This document shows, piece after piece, positions 48,647-59,700 of a DNA stretch of 64,000 nt (positions within the stretch are counted from its first letter, which is position 1; each line of letters starts with the position of its first letter). Source of the DNA: a virus. Location: the IMG/VR virus record IMGVR_UViG_3300032315_001604, positions 96,001-160,000 of that record. One strand, 5' to 3'. A program made the position numbers and the translations under genes. The notes under the pieces are model-generated. The model ran no database searches. It was given only the letters and a program-made list of their open reading frames with translations, and was not told the DNA's origin.

Positions 48647-51511
48647 ATGGCTACTAAAAACTTTACACAGTTTGATCTTAGAACACCTTTGTTAACTTCA
48701 GACTATATTGTCGGATATACCACAAATGGTCTTGCAGAATTAAAAACAACAGTTCAAGATATTATAAATTTAGTCCCTGTAAGCGACTCGACAATCATTC
48801 AAAACGCTTCTGCCAATTGGAATTCTGTTTATAGCTACACAAATGCCAATAGTTCTTTAGATCAATCTGCTAGAAGTTTTGTAAACTCCAATAGTGCTAA
48901 TATTTTAAATTCATACAAAGGATCTAATTGGGTTTTTGCTAATAGTGCTACAGAACTTTCAGTTACAAGTGTAGTCAATAGTACATCTGCCAATTGGAAT
49001 TCTGTTTATAGCTACACAAATGCCAATAGTTCTTTAGATCAATCTGCTAGAAGTTTTGTAAACTCCAATAGTGCTAATATTTTAAATTCATACAAAGGCT
49101 CAAATTGGGTTTTTGCTAATAGTGCTACAGAACTTTCAGTAACTTCCGTTGTTAATAGTACTTCTGCTAACTGGAATAGTGTTTACAGTAACGTAAATGC
49201 AAATAGTGCAACATATGCCACTATCCTTTTTAGCAATAACAAATTTTTACCACTTTCTGGTGGTCAAATTACAGGAAGTTTAAATATAACAAATAATTTA
49301 TTAGTTGGAGGAAATACAACAATAACTGGCAACTTAACAGGCAATAATATTTTTGCAAAAACTTTTACAACAGATAAGCCACAAACAATTTATCAAGGTG
49401 AAAGAAGAGATTTAACTATTAATAATGCAACAACAGTCAGTCAAGAACGTTTAGGTAGATTGACGATGCTAACAATATTTAACGCAGGAGCAACATCGGT
49501 TTTAAATTTATCAGAAAGTGAAAACAATAGATTTTTAGAAGGCGATGTTGTCGGAATATGGGCAAGACAAGCTTTAAGTTTTACAGTAACTTATACTCCA
49601 TATGGAGGTAGTGCTGTTACGGTATCAACATTTACAGGAAGTGGTGGATATAATACAGGAAGTGTTGCATTGTATTATAAAAATGGAACATTTATAACCC
49701 AAACTTTTGATGAACAAAATATAAAAGGCATTGCTTCTGAACTTAGAATTGAATCAATCCAACCAAATGATCCAGGTGAACCATTTTCCACAATAGGTCG
49801 TGGATCTTTTGTTCATGCATTAACATTAAACGCAGGACATCCCAAATTTACAAATGGCTCTGACCACTTTCATTTATTACATAACGGTACTGGTGGAAAT
49901 TGGCAAACTTTAAATGGTGGATACAATTGGACACCACAAAGAATAACTCAACATACTTTAGCTTTTCGAGGAGCAGAAACAACAGCAAATATTGTTGCTG
50001 CTTATGGTGCTTCTTTAACAGCAAACCAAGTAACTCCACCGTATGGAGTTTATCCTAATCAGGCAAGCAATTATTTAACATTGTGGACAAGTAGCTATAG
50101 TTCATCATTAACAGTCGGAAAAATTGTATATTTTTCTGTAAGTCCTGCTGGTAGTGAAAATGCATCATTAAGAAAAATAGGATTTACCGCATCATCTTTT
50201 CCTGCAAAGATTATATCAGTTAATGATATAGGATCAGCAGAATCTAATGCAGATATTCCTGCTGGAAATACGTTGCCAGGAACGGCAGTAAAACATTTTC
50301 GAGTTCAGCCTTTAAATTTAGCTGTTGATAACTGGTTAGGTGCTGCATTACTTTCAAATGGATCTTTAAGATATAGTACAGTTCCTTCTTTTACTAATAG
50401 TATTACAAATACAGGAGAAGTTATTCGCTTACCAGGTGATACATTATTAGTTCCAGACACCCAAAGCACATCATTAAGTGCTAAAGGCGGTTATAACTAT
50501 GTCTCAATGAGAAATGGTTGTGAACTTGTTTTTGATTTATCATTAACACCTTTACTATCCACAAGACAGCCATTTTTATATGAAGGATTGCCTGTTATTG
50601 TTTTATTATCAGAAATAACATCTTTAACTGCTACAAACTATAATGGGTTGACACCAAATTCTGCTAAATGTCAATACGGCTTACCTGTAGATTCAACATC
50701 TGGAAGTGCATATTTGGGAGAATTTACAAACTCTGTTGGTGGTTATTTACAACAAACATATGATGGTTACATTTATAGATCAACACCAACTCAAGTTATT
50801 ATTAGATTAGGACAAATTAGAGGTACTGAAGAGTCTAGAATGCAAAAACATGCAAGTCCAAATATAGACTATTTCGTAGGAAGATCTGGTATAGGAATTA
50901 CTACTTCTACATTTGCAAAATCGTTACCTCCAGGCGGACTTTCTGCTGTAGAATTTAACGGTTATCGTCTTACAGGAGTTTCTTCTGACAATAGATATGG
51001 TAGTTGGGCTAATTGTAGCACTGGAGCGGTTTACACATTACCCCCAATAATGAAAAGCGGAATAGAATTTTCATCGTTCCCTGCAATTTCTTCATCTGAC
51101 CTTCAACTATTTGTTTATGCAGGAAATAAAGACCCTGTTCATAGACCTGTTGCAGGAATGCAATTATTTTCATATGAAAGATATCCAAACATTCAACCAG
51201 AATTAAAAGAAACTGGTGCTGTGGTTTCTAAATTTGCATTAGGACCAAGCTGTGAAGGATTTGATAGAGATACTGCTGTTGTAGGGTTTGGTTCTACAGC
51301 ATATCACTATAGAAGTATGGCAATTGGTCATAGAGTAGAAACTCTTTCTGCACAAGAAATTGCAATCGGTATCGATGACAGCGTTTTTAGAGTAGGATTA
51401 AGTAGTTTGTCAATATCACCAGCAATGTTAAGCTCTAATGGAGTAGATACATTCCTTAAAATTAAAAATGATAAGGGTCCATTATATGGATTGAAACTAC
51501 AATTACTTTAA
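48647..51511 (+). CDS. fibre/receptor-binding protein sharing its stalk with 20011-23178
   Basis: Two copies of NWNSVYSYTNANSSLDQSARSFVNSNSA..., FLPLSGGQITG, then a unique beta-rich C-terminus. Confidence 0.7.
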   Translation: MATKNFTQFDLRTPLLTSDYIVGYTTNGLAELKTTVQDIINLVPVSDSTIIQNASANWNSVYSYTNANSSLDQSARSFVNSNSANILNSYKGSNWVFANSATELSVTSVVNSTSANWNSVYSYTNANSSLDQSARSFVNSNSANILNSYKGSNWVFANSATELSVTSVVNSTSANWNSVYSNVNANSATYATILFSNNKFLPLSGGQITGSLNITNNLLVGGNTTITGNLTGNNIFAKTFTTDKPQTIYQGERRDLTINNATTVSQERLGRLTMLTIFNAGATSVLNLSESENNRFLEGDVVGIWARQALSFTVTYTPYGGSAVTVSTFTGSGGYNTGSVALYYKNGTFITQTFDEQNIKGIASELRIESIQPNDPGEPFSTIGRGSFVHALTLNAGHPKFTNGSDHFHLLHNGTGGNWQTLNGGYNWTPQRITQHTLAFRGAETTANIVAAYGASLTANQVTPPYGVYPNQASNYLTLWTSSYSSSLTVGKIVYFSVSPAGSENASLRKIGFTASSFPAKIISVNDIGSAESNADIPAGNTLPGTAVKHFRVQPLNLAVDNWLGAALLSNGSLRYSTVPSFTNSITNTGEVIRLPGDTLLVPDTQSTSLSAKGGYNYVSMRNGCELVFDLSLTPLLSTRQPFLYEGLPVIVLLSEITSLTATNYNGLTPNSAKCQYGLPVDSTSGSAYLGEFTNSVGGYLQQTYDGYIYRSTPTQVIIRLGQIRGTEESRMQKHASPNIDYFVGRSGIGITTSTFAKSLPPGGLSAVEFNGYRLTGVSSDNRYGSWANCSTGAVYTLPPIMKSGIEFSSFPAISSSDLQLFVYAGNKDPVHRPVAGMQLFSYERYPNIQPELKETGAVVSKFALGPSCEGFDRDTAVVGFGSTAYHYRSMAIGHRVETLSAQEIAIGIDDSVFRVGLSSLSISPAMLSSNGVDTFLKIKNDKGPLYGLKLQLL

Positions 51512-51540
51512 TTCTTAAACTTTTAAACTAAATATTAATA

Positions 51541-53343
51541 ATGGACGAAAACTTCATTTTTAATAAAAATTCTTATGTTGCTTTTGATGGCACTAGTTTA
51601 AAAAACATCATAATTGATCGTTTAAATCGCGGTCAAGTCTTTACAGACCAAAATTATCAAGGTTCTAATCTTGCTGCAATCATAGATGTTATTTCATATT
51701 CATTCAGCAATTTATTATTTTATTTAAATAAAACATCATCAGAAAGCTTATTCTCAGAATCTCAGATATATGAGAATATGAACAGAATTGTTAAACTTTT
51801 AAATTATAGACCTGTCGGACCACAAGCACAAACAATTCCTATTAGAGTATCTGTAGCCAATTTAAATAAAGGAAATTATATTATACCAAGATATAGCTAT
51901 ATCAATGCAGGATCGACTACATACTCATTCAATGAAGATGTATCTTTTTCAAAATTGACAGATAGTACAACAGAACAAATTATTGATATTAATGACAAGT
52001 ATTCCTTATCACAAGGAGTATATAACGAATATCCAATTTATACATCAGGTGGAATAGATAATGAAAAAATTTATCTTGCAGTTGATGATACGGTTGTTGT
52101 TGACTATTTTAATATTCATGTCTATGTTAAACCATATAACACCACAACTTGGCAAAAATGGACAAGAGTGCAAGATTTATTTTTATACGTAGCCAATGAT
52201 ACCGTTTATGATGTAAGATATAACGAAAATAAAAGATATGAAATATCTTTTGGAGATGACATCAACGGCAAAAAATTACAACAAGGTGATCAAGTAGCAA
52301 TATATTATTTAAGAACCACTCCAAATGTTCAAAGTTTAGGTATTGGAGCATTAAATAACACCAATATTGTATATTATAATTCTTTACAATTTTCTGAGGT
52401 TTTAGATGACACAGGATTAGATTTTGGAAATTACTTAAATGCAAACGGTCTTTCAAATGTTTTTCTCAATAATGAATATCCATCAACAGAATATGCATCA
52501 GAAGAAACAGTCGATGATATTCGTAAAAATGCACCAAAAAGTTTTAGAACACAATACAGATTAGTTACAATAACTGATTATGAAACATATATTAGAACAA
52601 ATTATAGCAATTTGCTAACAGATGTTAAAGTTTTAAACAATGAAGAATATTTAAAACAACACCTAAAATATTTATATAACTTGGGATTAAATAATCCACA
52701 AGAAAACACAACAGTTTTATATAATCAAGTTAAATTTGCAAATACATGCAATTTTAACAATTTATACATTTATTTGGTTCCAAAAAACTCAAATCAAGAA
52801 TTTCTCACACCATCACAAAAAGAATTTATTTTAGAAGGTGTAAACGAAACTAAAACAGTAACCACACAAATAGTTCCTACAGATCCTGTTTATGTATATC
52901 TTGATTTTTATTTGAAAAGTCCTACATCATCTTTAACAATTGATGATATCGATCAAACCAAATTAAGAATTATTAAAAATGAAAATACAAGAAGATCTTC
53001 TTCTGCAATTGCATTAGACGTTAAAAACATTTTTGAAGAAAGTTTTGCTAGATTAACTTCACGTTTAGGTCAGGTAATCGATATATACGAAGTAGCAAAT
53101 CGCATTTTAAATATTGATGGCGTTGATAACGTTCAAACACATCGAGCCGATGTAAACATTACAATAGAAGGTATATCTTTATTGATTTGGAATCCTGTTT
53201 ATCCTGACAAAGATATTAATGTTTATACACAAAATTTAGTTATTGATAATTTTAAATATCCTATTTTTAATAATTTAAATTTTATTTTAGATAGAATAGA
53301 AATAGTAGAAAAAACAGGAGTTATCAAAATAGCTGATTTCTAA
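51541..53343 (+). CDS. gp6: baseplate wedge subunit
   Basis: FTDQNYQGSNLAAIIDVISY...SESQIYENMNRIVKLLNYRP...ETVDDIRKNAPKSFRTQYRLVTITDYE. Confidence 0.9.
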   Translation: MDENFIFNKNSYVAFDGTSLKNIIIDRLNRGQVFTDQNYQGSNLAAIIDVISYSFSNLLFYLNKTSSESLFSESQIYENMNRIVKLLNYRPVGPQAQTIPIRVSVANLNKGNYIIPRYSYINAGSTTYSFNEDVSFSKLTDSTTEQIIDINDKYSLSQGVYNEYPIYTSGGIDNEKIYLAVDDTVVVDYFNIHVYVKPYNTTTWQKWTRVQDLFLYVANDTVYDVRYNENKRYEISFGDDINGKKLQQGDQVAIYYLRTTPNVQSLGIGALNNTNIVYYNSLQFSEVLDDTGLDFGNYLNANGLSNVFLNNEYPSTEYASEETVDDIRKNAPKSFRTQYRLVTITDYETYIRTNYSNLLTDVKVLNNEEYLKQHLKYLYNLGLNNPQENTTVLYNQVKFANTCNFNNLYIYLVPKNSNQEFLTPSQKEFILEGVNETKTVTTQIVPTDPVYVYLDFYLKSPTSSLTIDDIDQTKLRIIKNENTRRSSSAIALDVKNIFEESFARLTSRLGQVIDIYEVANRILNIDGVDNVQTHRADVNITIEGISLLIWNPVYPDKDINVYTQNLVIDNFKYPIFNNLNFILDRIEIVEKTGVIKIADF

Positions 53344-53348
53344 TATAA

Positions 53349-56300
53349 ATGAGCAATCCGTTATCTATTAATTTAAACAAATATGGTGGATATACAAACG
53401 CAAGCAAGTTTGTTTTTTCTACAATATATAATACTTTAAGTGATTTAAAGTTTATTAAATGGAATTTGGGAGACGGTACAATTTTTTATAATCAAAGAGA
53501 AGTTGAACATTATTACGAATTACCAGGCGAGTATAACATTACATTAGTTGGACAAACAAACAGTACATTTTTATCAGCAGTTAGTACCATAACAGTTGAA
53601 AATTTTTTAAAAGAATCTGTATATTTTGATTTTATCCCACCTCCAACTTTTGCAGGGCATTATAATAGATATCCTTTTAGAATTAAGATAACATCATCAA
53701 CAACAGATAATCATTATGTAGATTTATATGCTCAGTTTTCTAGATCTTATCCGTACCAAGAACCACAAAATAAATGGTCTTTTCTTAGACCACAATGGAG
53801 ATTTTTAGATTTAAGTGGAAATCAAATATGGAATATTAAAACTACAGACTATCCAATAAAAATTACAGAAAATAACGCAATTAGCGCAACAGGATTAACA
53901 GTAGGAGTAACAGGTTTTGCTGATTTTTATTTTATAGATGACATTTACAATTATGATTTAGCTTTATCAGGAGCACCATATACAACAATATGGGCTACTT
54001 TACAAACGAGTGCAATTCGTGTAAAAAGTGACGGATTTAATACAGACCTTACAATGCCAAGCTATGCAAACAGCACTTCAATAGCAATGGCTCCATATGT
54101 TGTTTTAAGAAGAACACCAGAATTATTAGACATCAGAGAAAACGGAATTAAAAATTATAGTAATCCAAGATGGACTGATGCTAAACAACCAATACTAATT
54201 AAAGCAGGATTTGCAGACGGTTATCCTGATGAATGGGTAGATGGTATAGGAATTCGAGAATACGATAAAGATGCTAACTTTGCAAGATACATTCCACTCG
54301 AAGCACCTAATATACCATTGAGTGCAGGTGTTTTGGGACTATCAGGAGTTGAATTTTTTGATAAACCAGAATTTCAATGGATAGATGATACAACATATAA
54401 AGCTGCGGGTTATTATAAAGGAAATTTTACAACAACACAACCTTACGCATTTGGAGCATATGTTACAGCATATGCAAATATACCAACTCCAGCAACATCT
54501 GGTTCTTTTTACAATCCTTTAATTTGGCTTTCAAACCCACAAGCTGGAACATTTTCTATTGCACAATATTATTATAATAATACATCAATATTTCAACAAA
54601 TATCAACACCAAATTTAAATAAAGCCCAAGTCAAAACATTTAATATGCCGATTATTCAAAATGTAGATTTTGATATGGATGCAATGGCCCTTTCGGGATT
54701 TCATGGAATATATTCTATTGCTGCTTTACCTGCGCCACAATATCATGCATGGATGTCTGATTCAGAATTAGATAAACTTTATAGAATTAACTCATTAGGC
54801 CAAATTTTATGTTCAATTGATTTAAAATCAATTGTAGAAGAAAATAATTTGGGATTTTTAATCAATAAAAAAGTAAGTCCCGCCCAAATTGCTTTAGATG
54901 GCAATAGAAATATATTGGTTACTTTATATGATACGGTTTCTGTTTTAAAATTTGATCAAGTTGGAAACTTTTTATATGCCATTAATCCATTTCAAGTAAT
55001 GACATATGATACTCCTTATAGCGAGTTAAGATGGTTTTTAGAATCATCTTATTATGATTCGTCTACAAGTGGAGATTATGATTATAATCTTATAGAGCCA
55101 ACTGGGATTGATACTGATAAAGACAATAATATTTGGGTATCTTATTCAAATTCTTTAAGCGGTTTTGTTTTAAAATATAATTCCACAGGAAATGTGGTGT
55201 ATTCTTTAGCAGCACCACTTTGCTCAACACCACAAGAAATTGTAACAGATAAAGATGGTAACGTTTGGATTTGTTATAGTGGTTTAAATTGGAATACTCT
55301 CGGTAAAATAGAAAAAAGAAGTTCAAATGGCACTTTACTTAGAGCAATTACAGGATTAAGAAATCCGAATTATCTTACACTTGATACGGATCAAAACTTA
55401 TGGTTTTCTTTTGCATTTCATAATGTTGGAACTATTAATACAAGAACTGGTACATTTTTCCAATATACTGTTATCGGTCAAGATTTAAAACCAAACGATT
55501 TTCCTAAAAAGAATCGACCATTTGATTCCAAAGAAAGTACAGAACCTTGGTTTGATGTTCTACAAAATGCAGATGAAACAGCAATCGAAGGAATCGCGTG
55601 TGACATGCGAGGTTATTTGTATATTATTAATTCCATAGAAAATCAAGTTTATGTATTTAACACAAAAACTAGAAAGGTTATAGATAGATTTTATGTTAAC
55701 CCCCAAGGATTTTTATTCTATCAACACGATCAAAGAGAGCCTACAATTATGGCATACTATCTTTGGAATAAGTCTTTACAAGCAGCAGGAGATTGGACAG
55801 GATGGAGATGGACAAACAAATATGGTGTAAATTATTTGCCTTACTACACAAATACAGCTAGAAATTTTTATACTAGCGGCATTTCTCTACCACTAGATTT
55901 TTATGATCGCTCAGTTTATACGGCATTTAAAATAAACGAAGATTTTAATTTTTCTGAAAAAATGTACAATGTGGCAAATATGCCAATTTTACAAGAGAGT
56001 ACAAATTTTTTCCAAAACTTTTTAGGAAGTATTTTTGGAAAAGAACCTTTTTATCATGATGATTTGGGAGTAACAGCATATGAAAAAATTGCAAACTTTG
56101 TTACCAATCAAGCAGATGTAGATACTTGTGAAATTTCTCAGTTATACAGTTTATCAGAAATGGTAGATTTAGATTCTGACGATTTTCAATTAAACTATCC
56201 ACCAAGTATCAAAAGAGTCATGAATTTAGCAAGTGTAAATTTATCCAAGTTGATTGGTGTTAAATGTGGATGTGGAGTATCTTTTAATAAACCAAACGAT

Positions 56301-56726
56301 TGTGCAAAAGCAGCAATATGTTCATATTGTAAAAAAGAAAAATTAAATAACAGAGGAGATATACTGTCATCTTTAACATATCAAGTTAGTGCAGGTACGC
56401 CTGTTGTTATGAAAGTTAAATCGATAGATACGTATCGTTTAATACCTACAGGGTTTGTTAACGGAGTTTCAGCATATAGTTTAAACTCTTTAGCAACATC
56501 AATAGGATTAACAACAAATTGGCAAGACTATTACGAATTCTATTCTTATTTAAATGTAACTAATAATAGTATTATTGAAAATTTGATAGATTGGTCTTCA
56601 GACCAAACAACAATTTCTAGAAATCTTTCTACTTTTAATGATTGGTATAAACAAGAAGGAATTTTAGATATGTTTTTTAATTATGAATTATATAATGGTT
56701 TAGGTTTATTGGATCAAAACGATTAA
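53349..56726 (+). CDS. large baseplate protein (PKD-like, NHL/beta-propeller, gp7-like C-terminal region)
   Basis: KWNLGDGT...EHYYELPGEYNITL (PKD); P.GI.TDKDNNIWVS repeats; follows gp6. Confidence 0.6.
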   Translation: MSNPLSINLNKYGGYTNASKFVFSTIYNTLSDLKFIKWNLGDGTIFYNQREVEHYYELPGEYNITLVGQTNSTFLSAVSTITVENFLKESVYFDFIPPPTFAGHYNRYPFRIKITSSTTDNHYVDLYAQFSRSYPYQEPQNKWSFLRPQWRFLDLSGNQIWNIKTTDYPIKITENNAISATGLTVGVTGFADFYFIDDIYNYDLALSGAPYTTIWATLQTSAIRVKSDGFNTDLTMPSYANSTSIAMAPYVVLRRTPELLDIRENGIKNYSNPRWTDAKQPILIKAGFADGYPDEWVDGIGIREYDKDANFARYIPLEAPNIPLSAGVLGLSGVEFFDKPEFQWIDDTTYKAAGYYKGNFTTTQPYAFGAYVTAYANIPTPATSGSFYNPLIWLSNPQAGTFSIAQYYYNNTSIFQQISTPNLNKAQVKTFNMPIIQNVDFDMDAMALSGFHGIYSIAALPAPQYHAWMSDSELDKLYRINSLGQILCSIDLKSIVEENNLGFLINKKVSPAQIALDGNRNILVTLYDTVSVLKFDQVGNFLYAINPFQVMTYDTPYSELRWFLESSYYDSSTSGDYDYNLIEPTGIDTDKDNNIWVSYSNSLSGFVLKYNSTGNVVYSLAAPLCSTPQEIVTDKDGNVWICYSGLNWNTLGKIEKRSSNGTLLRAITGLRNPNYLTLDTDQNLWFSFAFHNVGTINTRTGTFFQYTVIGQDLKPNDFPKKNRPFDSKESTEPWFDVLQNADETAIEGIACDMRGYLYIINSIENQVYVFNTKTRKVIDRFYVNPQGFLFYQHDQREPTIMAYYLWNKSLQAAGDWTGWRWTNKYGVNYLPYYTNTARNFYTSGISLPLDFYDRSVYTAFKINEDFNFSEKMYNVANMPILQESTNFFQNFLGSIFGKEPFYHDDLGVTAYEKIANFVTNQADVDTCEISQLYSLSEMVDLDSDDFQLNYPPSIKRVMNLASVNLSKLIGVKCGCGVSFNKPNDCAKAAICSYCKKEKLNNRGDILSSLTYQVSAGTPVVMKVKSIDTYRLIPTGFVNGVSAYSLNSLATSIGLTTNWQDYYEFYSYLNVTNNSIIENLIDWSSDQTTISRNLSTFNDWYKQEGILDMFFNYELYNGLGLLDQND

Positions 56727-56767
56727 TTTGTCATTGATAATGCGTATTTTATTCTAAATATTAATAA

Positions 56768-59700
56768 ATGTCGAATCAAGGATTCAGTATAGTAGAGCAA
56801 GGATTTTGGCCTAGAGAAACATATTCAGTTTCTCCAATACTGTCTGCAATTCCTTTAAATTTGGGACTTTTGCCATATAAAAACACGTTTCATCAGATAA
56901 AAAACACATATCTTCAATTAGAGTCTTTAACTGCATCATATTGGCCATTTAATTCAACTGTTGGTTTAGAGTCATGGCAAGGAGATATATCTCAAGCAGT
57001 AGATTTTTTAACCAATCAATCAAAGTTTGTTGTTAATACTTCGGCATTTAGAATTTATGATTTAGGTTCTTATGTTAATATATTTAGAGTTACTTTAAAT
57101 GATTTGGATGCTGATGCGGGACAAAGTACTGATACTATATATGATGATATAGTATATGGATATCTTTTTTATCCAAAAAGATTATTTTTACAACCTATTA
57201 GTGCTCAAAAAATTAATGCAAATTCTTATAAGTTGACTTGTTCTGCCGTTTTAATTAAACCAACGGTTATTAACTTTAAAGATCCTGTACCAGAGAGAAG
57301 AACAGTAACACCATATTACCATGAAAGATTTTTAACCAATCCTCCATCTCTTGAACCGTTAAGTATATCTAAAAATAATGAATGTGTTTTATTTTATGGT
57401 TTAAGTTCTACGCAAACACATATAAACAGACCTATTTTAAACTATGCTCTGAATCAAAACAATGCTTCATTTTCTTTCAACTTAGAAAATAATTCTTATA
57501 ACAATTTACTTAGAAAAGATTTTAATTTTTTAAGTTTTGCTTTAAACTATCAAGCATTCGATAGATTTACAGGATTGCCTTATATTGAAACTTTTGAAAA
57601 TTATTATTACGATACACCAAATTTTGGTATTTTACCATTTAGTAGACCCATAAGATTTTCATATGACCCACAAAATAATCCTCTTCTTCAAACTTTTTAC
57701 ATTGTACAAAGCGGAATATCTTACACTGGAACACCAGGTACACTACTTCCTTTACAAGATCCCAGAAATTCTATTTTTTATGTTAATTTAAATTTACAAA
57801 CAACAAATATTAGACATACCATAAAACAATTTTCTTTAGCAAGTACATTATATAATGCTGTTACTGGAAAAGCAGGTACACCATTTAGCGTTTCTTATAT
57901 TAACGACTCATCTAATATAAGACATAGCACAGAACCAGTTCAAGGTACAATTTCTAATTTTTATGTTCATGGGGATTCGTCCAGCACATTAGGAGTTCGA
58001 GTTTCTTCAACTGTTGCTAAATGTGATACCGTTACTTTTACAACAAAACACCCACCACATTATTATGCATATAATTTGGCTATGGAAGCAATGCCAAATT
58101 CAGCAGGAGTTCAAAATAATTTTACAGAACTTACTGAAATTAATAATTTAACATTTCATTTAAGTTCTTTACCAATTAATAGAACAGCTTCATCTGTATT
58201 TGTTTCAACATATCTTTATTCAGATTTTAATTGTTTAACTTTAGATCTTCCAACATATGCAACGAATGATAAAATAAAATATGTTCAGCAAGGAAATGAT
58301 GACTTTTTAGTACAATCTATTTCGGCTTACACATATCCAGATGGTGTTAAAACATATTATAATTTTAATACATCTCCTTGGCTTAATGCTAATAAAAACA
58401 GTGATTTAGAAATCACATATCCAACTACATATCAAGACACAATTAACTTTACCATTAGAGCTTCTTTATCAACATTAGCTGGAAATAAAGATGCAATATT
58501 AAATTCATCCATACCGTTAATAGGTTTATATAATCCTCCTGCATATCCTCTACTTTTAAATAAAATTGTAGAAGGAGATGATTTTATGGATGTAACGGCG
58601 GAATCACTTACATCGATATTTGTTTATCCAGGAGTAGATTTAACAGACACCAATATATCTTGGAGGGTTAATCCTAATAGTAATGATTTTAAATTAAACT
58701 ATTTAATTAAAGATACAAACGGTGTTTATAAGCCAGTTAATTTTTTAAATAAAAATACCAGTATTAATTTCGATAATTTTTCTTGGGCTGTTAGAATTTC
58801 TGGATATGGACCTACTCCAATTGCTCTTACATTATCTTCACAACAATATAATAATTTTGTAACAATTTCTTCTGACCCTTCGTTTTTTGATTTTTTTGTA
58901 GAAAAAAGAATTATTATAGGACAAAAAGTAGTTTATGATAATTCTTTAGAAACAAGAACAGTAACATTAACAACAAGTGTTCCTTATAAGGGAAGATTAT
59001 ACAATCTTCCTTTAAATCTTCCTGTTTTTTGGAGTTGGACTTATAACAATAATACAATTACGCCAACAATTACTGCATTATATACAATACCACCTTTACT
59101 TGATGATGTGTACGAAGCAGGAGAGAATTTAAATTCTCAAACTTTAAGTTCTTTAAAGTTTTTGATAAAACCTAGACAAACATCCAATACGCCAATAGGA
59201 AATAGTGTAAAAATAAACTTTTATACCACAGATACTATTTTACCTTATAGTGGAACATTCCAATTTGTTGCAGACGATTTTCCAAATAAAACCATATTCA
59301 ATTCTGATTTTGATATCAGATACAGAAGTTTTCCAACTGTTAAAATTTTGGATACTAGGAATAACCAATTCGTTTTAACAAGACCAGATACAGGAAATTC
59401 AAAATATACATTAAGAGCAAATACAGACATTATCCCATTATTGAATTCTGAAAATTATAGTTGGGATATTACTAAAAGTACAACTCCGAGTGTTTCTACA
59501 GTATATGGTTTGACCGCAATTAATTTGGATACTGATGGCGTATACGAAACTACAGTAACATTCACTGCAATATCTGCTACTGCTCTAGGCTGGTCGTATC
59601 CACACAACGCAACACAAACAGTAAAAATATATACTTTAAATAGTACGGATTTTAATAGATCTCCATCATTTATATTATATCCAGAATTTGCATGGCAAAA

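Noticed and set aside
48815-49200. Diversity-generating retroelement template/variable repeat pair
   Set aside because: Differences between the repeat copies are mostly synonymous and not adenine-specific, and there is no reverse transcriptase in the window.
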